A DNA stretch of 15,706 nt from NCBI GenBank assembly GCA_031372065.1, contig JANMKN010000045.1:1-15706 (forward strand), written 5' to 3'. A program made the translations under genes and the position numbers. The DNA is from Abditibacteriaceae bacterium. Lineage in GTDB: Bacteria; Armatimonadota; Abditibacteriia; Abditibacteriales; Abditibacteriaceae. This document shows positions 1 through 7,472 of the stretch, piece by piece. How positions within the stretch are numbered: the first letter of the stretch is position 1; every line of letters starts with the position of its first letter. The notes under the pieces are model-generated. The model was not told where the DNA came from and ran no database searches. It was given only the letters and a program-made list of their open reading frames with translations.

Positions 1-22
1 AACTTTCGACGCTCGTTTGGTG

Positions 23-82
23 CTGATTGGCGCAAATCAGGTGCTTTTTGTTGCTCGAAAGTTGTTGATTGGCGCCAATCAA
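23..82. promoter_or_regulatory. Two copies of an 18-bp palindrome, 42 bp apart (possible operator pair or end of a tandem repeat)
   Basis: CTGATTGGCGCAAATCAG at 23-40 (one mismatch) and perfect TTGATTGGCGCCAATCAA at 65-82, each followed by a similar TGC(T/C)TTTTG tail. Lies about 100 bp upstream of the CDS at 180. Confidence 0.4.
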
Positions 83-179
83 TGCCTTTTGCTCGCTTTT
101 GCATAGTCGAATTTGCGGCAGAAATTGGCGGCGCGGTTTAAACTTGTGGCCTCAATTCTTGTTGTGATATTGCGCCTCC

Positions 180-2609
180 ATGAAACAAAAATCGCAGGCC
201 GGTTCGGTTGTATCTTCAAAGCCGTTGGCGGATGACGTGGCATCGGGCGACGCCGACTTCAAAGACGCTGCGGGCAACCTCTCTGACACGCGCGGCGTGA
301 CGCGGCGCGTGGTGCTGTTTTCGTTGGCGTTGGCCGCGCTACTCGGCTATTGCATTCCCGTCGTTGACTACAAATTCAGCAACACCTTTTTGGGCGCGGC
401 GCATTTGCCGGCGGCGGCTGTGGTGGTTCTGCTGGCCTGCTTGCTGGTTCTCAATCCGCTGCTGCATTCGGTGGCCGGACGCGCCGAGCGTGCTAATTTT
501 CTGCTCTTCGGCTCGCTCGGCTGCGCGGCTTTAGCGGGATTGCTTTATCTCGTCAATGAAAAACTCAGCGACTTTTTGGCGCCGCATTATGGCCTGATTG
601 TCTGGATTCTGCTGGCGTGCGCGGCGGCTTCGACGGCGGCTTATATCACACAAAAACGGCGTTTGTTTTTGCTGCTGACGCCGCTTTTTCTGTTCAAAGC
701 CTTCGTGACGCATTTTCTTGTGGCGCCGCCGCAATGGAGTTCGACTATCGTTTTGGTGTGCTACATTTTAGGCGCCGCCGCCGCGTTGCTGCTCACCGGA
801 TTCTTGCTGCGAGAGCCTTTGGCGCGCAACGAAATTCTCACCGTTTACATCACTTGTTTGTTTTCGGCGTTAGTGCCCGGACGCGGCGGCGAAAACTTTT
901 TCATTCCCAACATTTTAGCGCCGTTTTACTTCGCCACGCCGGAAAATAAGTGGCTGGGTTTCTTGGAAAAATACATCCCGACGTGGATGACGCCCGCGCT
1001 GGGCGGCAGCGGGCGCTATGCCGATCATAAAAGCATCGTCGAGCCGTGGTATACCGGCCTGAGCGCCGGGCAAAGCATTCCGTGGGGCGCGTGGATAGTG
1101 CCACTCATCGCGTGGTGTTCGCTGATTTTGGCGGTTTATTGTATGCTCGGCTGCCTTGGCGTCATGCTGCGCGCACAATGGGCCGAACGCGAAGCCTTGG
1201 CGTTTCCGCTTTTGCGCTTGCCGCTGGAAATGACCGAAGGCGTGGACGAAAATCAGCAAACGAGTTTGGCGGCGTTTTTCCGCAATCCTTTGATGTGGGT
1301 TGGCTTTGGCATCGCGGTTTTCATCGAAACCATGAACGGTTTGCACTTGTATTTTCCCGATGTGCCGCTGGTGCCTTTGGAAATGCCCGCCGGGCCGCTG
1401 CTTTCGGAGCCGCCGTGGAATCAAATCGGCGGCGTCAGCTTGAAAGTGTTTCCGGCCATTGTCGGCATCACTTATCTGCTGACCAGCGAAGTTTCGTTTT
1501 CGCTGTGGTTCATCTATCTTTTCACCAAAGTTCAACTGATTATCGCTTATATGCTCGGCTTTCCGCCGAATTCGATGCCCGCGCCCTTTTGGACGCGCGG
1601 CTGGGCGCAGGGCTTTATCGGCTATCAGCAAGTGGGCGCTTATTTCGCTTATGTCGGCTTGCTTTTGTGGCTGGCGCGGCATCATTTCGCGCATATTTTC
1701 CGGCGCGTGCGCGGCTTGGAACTGCCCACAGCCGCCGAAGCCGAAGAAGCGCTGTCTTACCCGGCGGCATTTTGGGGTTTTGTCGCGGCCTTTGCCTTTG
1801 TGGTGCTGTGGACAACGTTTTCGGGCGTCGGAATCATCGTTTCGCTGATGTTGTGGCTGACTTATCTGGTGGTGGCGATGGGTTTGACGCGCATCGTGGC
1901 CGAAGGCGGCCTGATGTTTGTGCATACCGGCTGGATGACGCTGGGGCCGCTCTCGCACCTTTTCAAAGGCGGGCCGGGCCATTTAATCAACGATGTCAAC
2001 GCCGCGCCCGCTTCGATGGTCAGCGGCAGCATTATGTTTGAAATGCGCGGCTTTTTGCTGCCCAGTTTCGTGCAAAGTTTGAAATTGGCGCATGATCGCA
2101 AAATCGCCGCGCGGCCTTTGATGTCACTCATCGCGGGCGTGACGGTCACTTCGTTTTTAATCAGCGTGTGGACAATTGTGCGCATGGGCTACACGGCGGG
2201 CGGCTTGCAAATGCAAAGCTGGTGGGCGCGCAACACTTATCAAGCCGCGCACACGTTGAGCATTTCCAAAGGCGTGGACGAAACGGCGACAACCGCATGG
2301 GGCTGGACAGCCATCGGCGCCTTAATGACGTGGGGCATGATGGCCGCGCGCAGTCGCTTTTTATGGTTTCCGCTGCATCCGATTGGCATTTTGATGTGCG
2401 TGCCGTTCGCCATGTTTAGTATGTGGGTTTCGATTATGATCGGCTGGCTTTTCAAGGTGCTTATCAGTCGTTTCGGCGGCTCCGAATCGTATCGTAAATT
2501 GGTGCCCGCCTTTTTGGGGCTGGCATTGGGCGATATGGTGATGATCGCCTTGTGGGTCGCCATTGACGGCTGGCAAGGTCGCCAAAATCACGCGCTGTTG
2601 CCGTTTTAA
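180..2609 (+). CDS. Large polytopic membrane protein, DUF6785/DUF6784-like (putative OPT-related transporter)
   Basis: 809-aa ORF with many hydrophobic helices. Recalled family motifs: 'FATPENKW', 'IPWGAWIVPL', 'QWAEREALAFPL..LP', 'TRIVAEGG', C-terminal 'WFPLHPIG' and 'RFGG..YRKLVPAFLGL..GD'. Family assignment is from memory, not a search. Confidence 0.75.
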   Translation: MKQKSQAGSVVSSKPLADDVASGDADFKDAAGNLSDTRGVTRRVVLFSLALAALLGYCIPVVDYKFSNTFLGAAHLPAAAVVVLLACLLVLNPLLHSVAGRAERANFLLFGSLGCAALAGLLYLVNEKLSDFLAPHYGLIVWILLACAAASTAAYITQKRRLFLLLTPLFLFKAFVTHFLVAPPQWSSTIVLVCYILGAAAALLLTGFLLREPLARNEILTVYITCLFSALVPGRGGENFFIPNILAPFYFATPENKWLGFLEKYIPTWMTPALGGSGRYADHKSIVEPWYTGLSAGQSIPWGAWIVPLIAWCSLILAVYCMLGCLGVMLRAQWAEREALAFPLLRLPLEMTEGVDENQQTSLAAFFRNPLMWVGFGIAVFIETMNGLHLYFPDVPLVPLEMPAGPLLSEPPWNQIGGVSLKVFPAIVGITYLLTSEVSFSLWFIYLFTKVQLIIAYMLGFPPNSMPAPFWTRGWAQGFIGYQQVGAYFAYVGLLLWLARHHFAHIFRRVRGLELPTAAEAEEALSYPAAFWGFVAAFAFVVLWTTFSGVGIIVSLMLWLTYLVVAMGLTRIVAEGGLMFVHTGWMTLGPLSHLFKGGPGHLINDVNAAPASMVSGSIMFEMRGFLLPSFVQSLKLAHDRKIAARPLMSLIAGVTVTSFLISVWTIVRMGYTAGGLQMQSWWARNTYQAAHTLSISKGVDETATTAWGWTAIGALMTWGMMAARSRFLWFPLHPIGILMCVPFAMFSMWVSIMIGWLFKVLISRFGGSESYRKLVPAFLGLALGDMVMIALWVAIDGWQGRQNHALLPF

Positions 2610-2620
2610 AATCGCCAGAC

Positions 2621-2654
2621 AAACGAAAAGAAGGAGCGCTACATCAGCACTCCT
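2621..2654 (-). terminator. Probable intrinsic terminator between convergent genes
   Basis: Minus strand reads AGGAGTGCT-GATGT-AGCGCTCCT (9-bp stem, one G-U pair) followed by TCTTTTCGTTT. Confidence 0.55.
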
Positions 2655-2737
2655 CCCGTTCTTACTGCGGTGATACTGCACCAACTAATATTTCACCGCA
2701 CTGGCCTGATGTTGCATTTTCCGTGCCGTAAACGCTA

Positions 2738-3679
2738 TCATTGCGGCGCGCGCACCGATAAAACGCGCGGTTCCAGCCAAAAACTAACCGGCGTGGTGCC
2801 GCGCACGTCGCCATCTACCAAAACCGGCAGCGGCGGCTCGCTTTTGAGCGTGACTTCGCGCCCGCGCAGCATTTTCACTTTCGGATGCGAGGTATGCGTG
2901 CCTTTGAAAACTCGCGGAAAGGCGCGCAAAAATTCGCTGCGCGTGGCTTCTTCAATCAGGCAAATATCAAATTCGCCATCGTCAAGTTCTGCTTGCGGCG
3001 CGACAAGCATTCCGCCGCCGTAACTTGTGGCGTTGGCAATGGCGCATAGCAAAGCGCGTTGCTGAAGAGTTTCGCCATCATATTCGATAGTCAAATCCGC
3101 TGCGCGCAAGCTCACTAACTCCTGCAAAAGAGCGCATAAATAAGCGGGCATTCCATGCACATGGCGCCAGAAATGATGAAAGCGAAAATCATTGACGCGC
3201 TGCGCGGCACAAGCATCAAAACCACTGCCCGCAACGTTGATAAAAAGATGCTCGGCGCCGGTTTCATCGAAGCGAATATGCCCGACATCCACGAGGCGAG
3301 GCGCGCCCTCAAAGAGAATTTCAATCGCCTTTTGCCAATCGGTGCCGATGCCCAGACAACGCGAAAAATCGTTGCCAGTGCCGCACGGTAAAATGCCCAA
3401 TTGCCCTTTAAAACCACTTTGCGCAAGTCCATTGACAACTTCGCCAAGCGTGCCATCGCCGCCTGCGGCGACGATTAAATCGGCGCCGTTTTGCATGGCT
3501 TGCATGGCTAATTGCGTGGCATCGCCCGCTTTTTGCGTTTCGAGAATTTGCCACTTCGCGCCACAGGCTTGCGCTTTTGCCGCCAAAGTTTTTTCCAACA
3601 GTGGGCGGCGCGCGGCGGCTTGCCCACGCCCAGCGGCGGGATTTACAATGACGCAAATTTTCAATGGCGCTTCGTGCAT
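2738..3679 (-). CDS. Diacylglycerol/lipid kinase family protein (YegS/Rv2252/BmrU-like)
   Basis: Motifs 'IVNPAAG', '[14 protein letters not shown]', '[10 protein letters not shown]', 'YGGGM..AP.A..DDG.FD', 'VDGD'. Start set at ATG 3679 (MHEAPLK); the listed upstream extension overlaps mscL. Confidence 0.92.
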   Translation of the reverse strand: MHEAPLKICVIVNPAAGRGQAAARRPLLEKTLAAKAQACGAKWQILETQKAGDATQLAMQAMQNGADLIVAAGGDGTLGEVVNGLAQSGFKGQLGILPCGTGNDFSRCLGIGTDWQKAIEILFEGAPRLVDVGHIRFDETGAEHLFINVAGSGFDACAAQRVNDFRFHHFWRHVHGMPAYLCALLQELVSLRAADLTIEYDGETLQQRALLCAIANATSYGGGMLVAPQAELDDGEFDICLIEEATRSEFLRAFPRVFKGTHTSHPKVKMLRGREVTLKSEPPLPVLVDGDVRGTTPVSFWLEPRVLSVRAPQ

Positions 3680-3766
3680 TTTGTAAGTTATATCCGCACT
3701 TGCTTTACTGGTCACCGACGCGAAAAAAACTTGGAGACAAAACTCGGACACACAGGAGAAACACAA

Positions 3767-4180
3767 ATGCTGAAAGAATTTAAAGATTTCGCAATGAAAG
3801 GCAACGTGGTAGATTTGGCGATTGGCGTCATCATCGGCGCCGCCTTCGGCAAAATCGTCACATCGCTGGTCGAAGACGTTCTCATGCCGCCACTTGGTTT
3901 TGTGCTGGGCAAAGTGGACTTTTCGAGCCTTTTTCTTCAATTATCAGGCACAACAGTTTCTTCGCTGGCCGAGGCCAAAAAAGCGGGAATTCCAGTCATA
4001 GCTTACGGTAATTTTCTGAATCAGGTGGTGAATTTTATTTTTGTGGCGTTCGCGATTTTTATTTTGATTAAGCAGATCAATCGCTTTCGCCGCGAAGAAC
4101 CAGCGCCGCCCACGCCCGAACTTTCGACGCAAGAAAAATTGCTCACCGAAATTCGCGATTTGATGCAGCAAAAGGTCTGA
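3767..4180 (+). CDS. mscL: Large-conductance mechanosensitive channel
   Basis: [35 protein letters not shown] and C-terminal [17 protein letters not shown] at 3754-3759 precedes ATG 3767. Confidence 0.97.
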   Translation: MLKEFKDFAMKGNVVDLAIGVIIGAAFGKIVTSLVEDVLMPPLGFVLGKVDFSSLFLQLSGTTVSSLAEAKKAGIPVIAYGNFLNQVVNFIFVAFAIFILIKQINRFRREEPAPPTPELSTQEKLLTEIRDLMQQKV

Positions 4181-4191
4181 ATCAAACAATG

Positions 4192-4223
4192 AAAAGTCCA
4201 CGCGAAAATTCGCGTGGACTTTT
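4192..4223. terminator. Bidirectional intrinsic terminator
   Basis: Perfect inverted repeat AAAAGTCCACGCGAA-AA-TTCGCGTGGACTTTT between convergent mscL and the diguanylate cyclase, giving U-tracts on both strands. Confidence 0.85.
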
Positions 4224-4237
4224 GTTTTCAATTGGTT

Positions 4238-5179
4238 TTACAACGCTTCGATAGTCAGCACTTCGCGCACGATGGCACGATTGCGCCCCGCATTTTTGGC
4301 TTCATAAAGGCACTCATCGGCAGCGTGCAAGAAGCGGTTGGCGAGTTCGGTCATGCCGGGCGCTGTTTTTTCGCTTTCTTGGTCAGAGGGCGGCAACGGC
4401 ACCGTGACTGCGCCGATGGAAACGGTAACGGGAATTCGTTGCTCGACGCTAAAAATTTCCAAGGCTTCGGTGGTGGCACGCACTTTTTCCGCGAAGATTT
4501 TCGCACCTTCGATATCGGTTTCCGAAAGCACTGCCGCGAACTCCTCGCCGCCCAAACGCCCGACTTTGTCGGTGCGGCGCGAAGAATGTTCCAACACCCG
4601 CGAGAAGGCTTTCAAAACCACATCGCCGTTGGCATGACCCCAAGTATCGTTAACCCGCTTGAAATGATCGAGGTCGAAAAGCAAAACCGAAACGGGATGC
4701 CCAAAGCGACGTGCCCGCCAGAGTTCTTCTTCGAAGTGCGCCATGAAGCCGCGCCGGTTGGTCAGACCGGTTAATTCGTCGGTGATAGCTAATTTTTCGA
4801 GTTGTTCCTGCAATTTACGCACGCGCACTGCCGAACGCACGCGCGCCAGCAATTCGGGCACGGCAAAGGGCTTACAAATGTAATCCACGGCCATTTCGAG
4901 GCCGTGAACGCGGTCTTCCATCTCATGTTGGGCCGTCACGAAAATCACCGGCACATTCGCAAAATTTGGGCGCGACTGCATTTCATGCGCCACTTCGTAG
5001 CCACTCATGCCGGGCATCATCACGTCCAACATCACCAAGTCAGGCGCTTGCTCTAAAATGATTTGCAACGCCTCGTGCCCGGTGTGCGCCGATATGACAG
5101 TGTAGCCATCCATGCGCAATGTCAGCGACGTGAGAGTATTGATTTCGGGGTCGTCTTCGGCCACTAAAATTGTAGTCAT
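4238..5179 (-). CDS. Response-regulator diguanylate cyclase (REC + GGDEF)
   Basis: N-terminal receiver domain (ILVAEDD, LDVMMPGMSG, KPF). GGDEF domain has DLDHFKRVND..GH..GD, an RRTD I-site five residues before GGEEF, and 'LYEAKNAGRNR'. Confidence 0.95.
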   Translation of the reverse strand: MTTILVAEDDPEINTLTSLTLRMDGYTVISAHTGHEALQIILEQAPDLVMLDVMMPGMSGYEVAHEMQSRPNFANVPVIFVTAQHEMEDRVHGLEMAVDYICKPFAVPELLARVRSAVRVRKLQEQLEKLAITDELTGLTNRRGFMAHFEEELWRARRFGHPVSVLLFDLDHFKRVNDTWGHANGDVVLKAFSRVLEHSSRRTDKVGRLGGEEFAAVLSETDIEGAKIFAEKVRATTEALEIFSVEQRIPVTVSIGAVTVPLPPSDQESEKTAPGMTELANRFLHAADECLYEAKNAGRNRAIVREVLTIEAL

Positions 5180-5209
5180 GACATAAAAAACGCAGATGCC
5201 GTTTTTGCA

Positions 5210-5725
5210 TCATTTGGCGTTCAACAATTTGAGGTAGTTGGTTTTGAGTTGGGCCATTGCTTTTACATCAAAACCATCATGCACTTCCTGCACAATTCCT
5301 TTGTGGTCTACCACGATTGTCAAGGGAATTCCCTCAATGAACCGACCAAACTTGTTCTGCGTGTCTATAGCAATGGGATAATGTGTTTTGTTGCGCGCTT
5401 GAAAATCCTTCAAAGTGCTGATCTTATCGCCTTGCAGGGCAATTCCCAAAACCATGCCACCTTTGCTTTTGACCGCCTGCTGCACCTTTTGCAAATGCGG
5501 AGCCTCCGCATTACAAGTGCCTCAGCCAGACGAGAAAAACGTGATCCAATAAGCCTTGTTTTTCAATTTGGCGGGCGAAATTGCCTTGCCTTCAATGGTT
5601 TTCAGCGTGAAAGGCGGAAACTTCTGCCCTTTTTTGAAAGTTGCAGCGTGAGCGATGTCATTTGTGGCGGTGCAGGAAAGCAAAAGCGCTAACACGAAAA
5701 AAAAGCGAAAACAATGAAAAGTCAT
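5210..5725 (-). CDS. Exported TlpA/redoxin-family thioredoxin-fold protein, probable selenoprotein (Sec at codon 68, UxxC motif)
   Basis: ATG 5725 has an AGGA RBS and a signal peptide (..LLLSC..AHA). Then 'GQKFPPFTLKTIEGK', 'YWITFFSSG'-TGA(5522-5524)-'GTCNAEAPHLQKV', continuing in frame to 'GIPLTIVVDHKGIV' and a stop at 5210. 171 codons with read-through. Confidence 0.85.
5482..5520 (-). promoter_or_regulatory. Putative bacterial SECIS stem-loop
   Basis: Directly 3' of the UGA: GCACTTGT-AATGCGGA-GGC-TCCGCATT-TGCAAAAGGTGC. An 8-bp perfect upper stem with a G-led apical loop begins after 17 nt from the UGA, and the lower stem can extend. Confidence 0.7.
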
Positions 5726-5787
5726 CTGGAATCCTTTTGTAAGTCTCTTCCTTACCAAAATTCGCGCCAAAGCATGACGCGAACGAT

Positions 5788-6528
5788 TTAGCGTAGCCGC
5801 TCGGCGCCATCAACGGGCAAAATCGCGCCGGTGATAAAGCCCGGCCCAAACAGTAAGAACCGCGCGGTTTCGGCGATTTCTTCAGGCGTGCCGATTCTTT
5901 GCAGCGGAATACGCGCGATTAACGAGTCTTCGTCATCGCCTTCGCCCTGCGTTTGTGACGGCAACAAAATTGTGCCCGGACAAATGCAATTGACGCGAAC
6001 GTGCGGCGCCAGCGCTTTCGCTAAAGCCTCCGTGAGCATCACTACGCCCGCTTTGGAAACGCAATAGGGAATGTAATTTTTCAAAGGCCGCAAACCGTGA
6101 ATATCAGCAAAATTTAAAATGCTGCCGCGCTTTTGCCCCACAAACAGGTCGCCAAAGGTTTTGCTCATCAAATACGGCGCTTTGAGATTGGCCGCGATAT
6201 GATCGTCGAAGTCGCTTTCGTTCATCACATCAAACGGCGTGCGCCGAAAAATCGCCGCGTTATTGACCAAAGCCGTGACCGAATCGAATTTTTGTAAAAC
6301 GCCATCCGCTAATTTTTCGACATCATCCGCGCGGCTCACATCGACCTGAAACGCCGCAAATTTCCCCTGCGGCGCCATTTTGCGCAGTTCTTTGACCAAT
6401 TGCTGTGCTTCATCTTGTGAGTTGCGATAGGTAATCGCCACATTTGCGCCCGCCTGCGCACAATTGAGCGCAATCGCGCGCCCAATACGTTTGGCACCGC
6501 CGGAGATGAGAACGGTTTCGTTTTGCAT
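5788..6528 (-). CDS. Short-chain dehydrogenase/reductase, pteridine reductase (FolM/PTR1-like)
   Basis: 'ISGGAKRIG', 'VNNAAIF', catalytic 'YCVSK', 'VNCICPG', 'FITG..LPVDG'. Start probably ATG 6528 (MQNETVL); GTG 6582 is an alternative but lies in a REP-like element. Confidence 0.85.
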   Translation of the reverse strand: MQNETVLISGGAKRIGRAIALNCAQAGANVAITYRNSQDEAQQLVKELRKMAPQGKFAAFQVDVSRADDVEKLADGVLQKFDSVTALVNNAAIFRRTPFDVMNESDFDDHIAANLKAPYLMSKTFGDLFVGQKRGSILNFADIHGLRPLKNYIPYCVSKAGVVMLTEALAKALAPHVRVNCICPGTILLPSQTQGEGDDEDSLIARIPLQRIGTPEEIAETARFLLFGPGFITGAILPVDGAERLR

Positions 6529-6531
6529 TTC

Positions 6532-6598
6532 GTAGAGCCACGTCGGGAACCCTTTGGGTGTTGCGTATTCTGTTTTGGACACGTCTGTGTGTCCCTAC
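6532..6598. repeat. GTAG-type REP-like inverted pair
   Basis: Minus strand GTAG-GGACAC-ACAGAC-GTGTCC (6598-6577) includes the upstream gene's TAG stop. An inverted degenerate partner GTAGAGCCAC starts at 6532 on the plus strand. Confidence 0.45.
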
Positions 6599-7399
6599 AC
6601 TTCCAAACTCAATCCGTCATACGCCAACTCGATGCCGGGCGGCAGGTTGGAATTGACGAAATTGTAATCCACATTATGCGTGGTGTGCGTGAAAAACGCA
6701 CGGCCCGGCTTGAGTTTTTCCGTCGCGGCGCAGGCTTGTTCGATATTGAAATGCGTGGGATGCGGCTTTTTCGTGAAGCGCGTCCAAAACCAGCACATCG
6801 GCATTGCTCATCGGCGCCCACGATTCATCGGGAATATTCGAGCAGTCTGTCGCGTAAACCAAAGTGCGCCCGTTGCAATCGAAGCGATACGCAAAGATTT
6901 CGCGCTGCCCATGCCAGATGGGAATCGGCGTGATTTTCACGTCGCCAATTTCAAAAGACTGATAATCTTGCGCAATGTGAGCGGTCAGGCGTGGAAAGCC
7001 GCCGCGTTCACGGTCTTGCACAAAAGCGTAATCGAAAATCGCTTCCAAGCGCCCCGTTGTTTGCTCGTTGCCCCAACCGTGAATATAACCCAAACGGTCA
7101 GAAAGCGGGCGCAAATCGTCAAGACCAATGATGTGATCGTTGTGGTCATGCGTCCACAGAATGCCCGAAATATAATGAACGTGCGCCCGCAAAAACTGTT
7201 GGCGCAAATCGGGCGTGGTGTCCACCAAAATGAGGGTGCGTTCGGCGTGTTCTTCGCTTTCGTGGCAACAATCGCCTGCCACCAAAATGGAACACCGCAA
7301 ACGCTTATTGCGCGGGTCGCTGGAGCGACAGACTTCGCAATCGCAGCCGACGAACGGCACGCCATAACTGGTGCCGGTGCCGAGAAACGTTAAACGCAT
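6595..7399 (-). pseudogene. PhnP-like metallo-beta-lactamase-fold phosphodiesterase with a single-base frameshift (pseudogene or sequencing error)
   Basis: MRLTFLGTGTSYGVP..CDCEVC and THDHNDH (HxHxDH) in one frame; the conserved tail 'KPHPTHF..FTH..H..AYDGL' is in another. Removing one base from the T5 run at 6767-6771 gives LDALHEKPHPTHF. Confidence 0.8.
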
Positions 7400-7472
7400 A
7401 ATGAGTAATGAGTGACAAGTAACAAGTGAGGAGTGAAGTTTACTCATTACTCATCACTATTTGCTGATCACT
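7400..7472. repeat. Inverted heptamer tandem-repeat element A
   Basis: aatgagt aatgagt gacaagt aacaagt gaggagt, then the reverse-sense units actcatt actcatc actattt gctgatc act. Confidence 0.8.

Noticed and set aside
1..100. CRISPR array suggested by spaced palindromic repeats
   Set aside because: Only two imperfect 18-bp copies, and no cas genes in the window.
531..2684. Long alternative-frame and antisense ORFs (e.g. 915-1982 -, 1046-2041 +) within the membrane protein gene
   Set aside because: Arg/Gln-rich shadow frames typical of GC-rich coding DNA, with no recognisable motifs.
3512..3940. Apparent head-to-head overlap of the lipid kinase and mscL ORFs
   Set aside because: Artefact of longest-ORF starts. 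Family-consistent starts at 3679 and 3767 leave an 87-bp gap.
5186..5206. Short AAAAACG/CGTTTTT inverted repeat between the redoxin and the cyclase
   Set aside because: The stem is almost all A-T with no separate U-tract, too weak to call a terminator.
5522..5524. UGA read as Trp (genetic code 4) or Gly (code 25)
   Set aside because: TGA is the true stop of several genes here (mscL, tkt, lipid kinase, DUF433), and this TGA aligns with the CxxC Cys position.
6765..6775. Programmed -1 frameshift at an A-AAA-AAG-like site
   Set aside because: Only five As are present and the needed shift is +1, so it does not fit the canonical -1 slippery heptamer.
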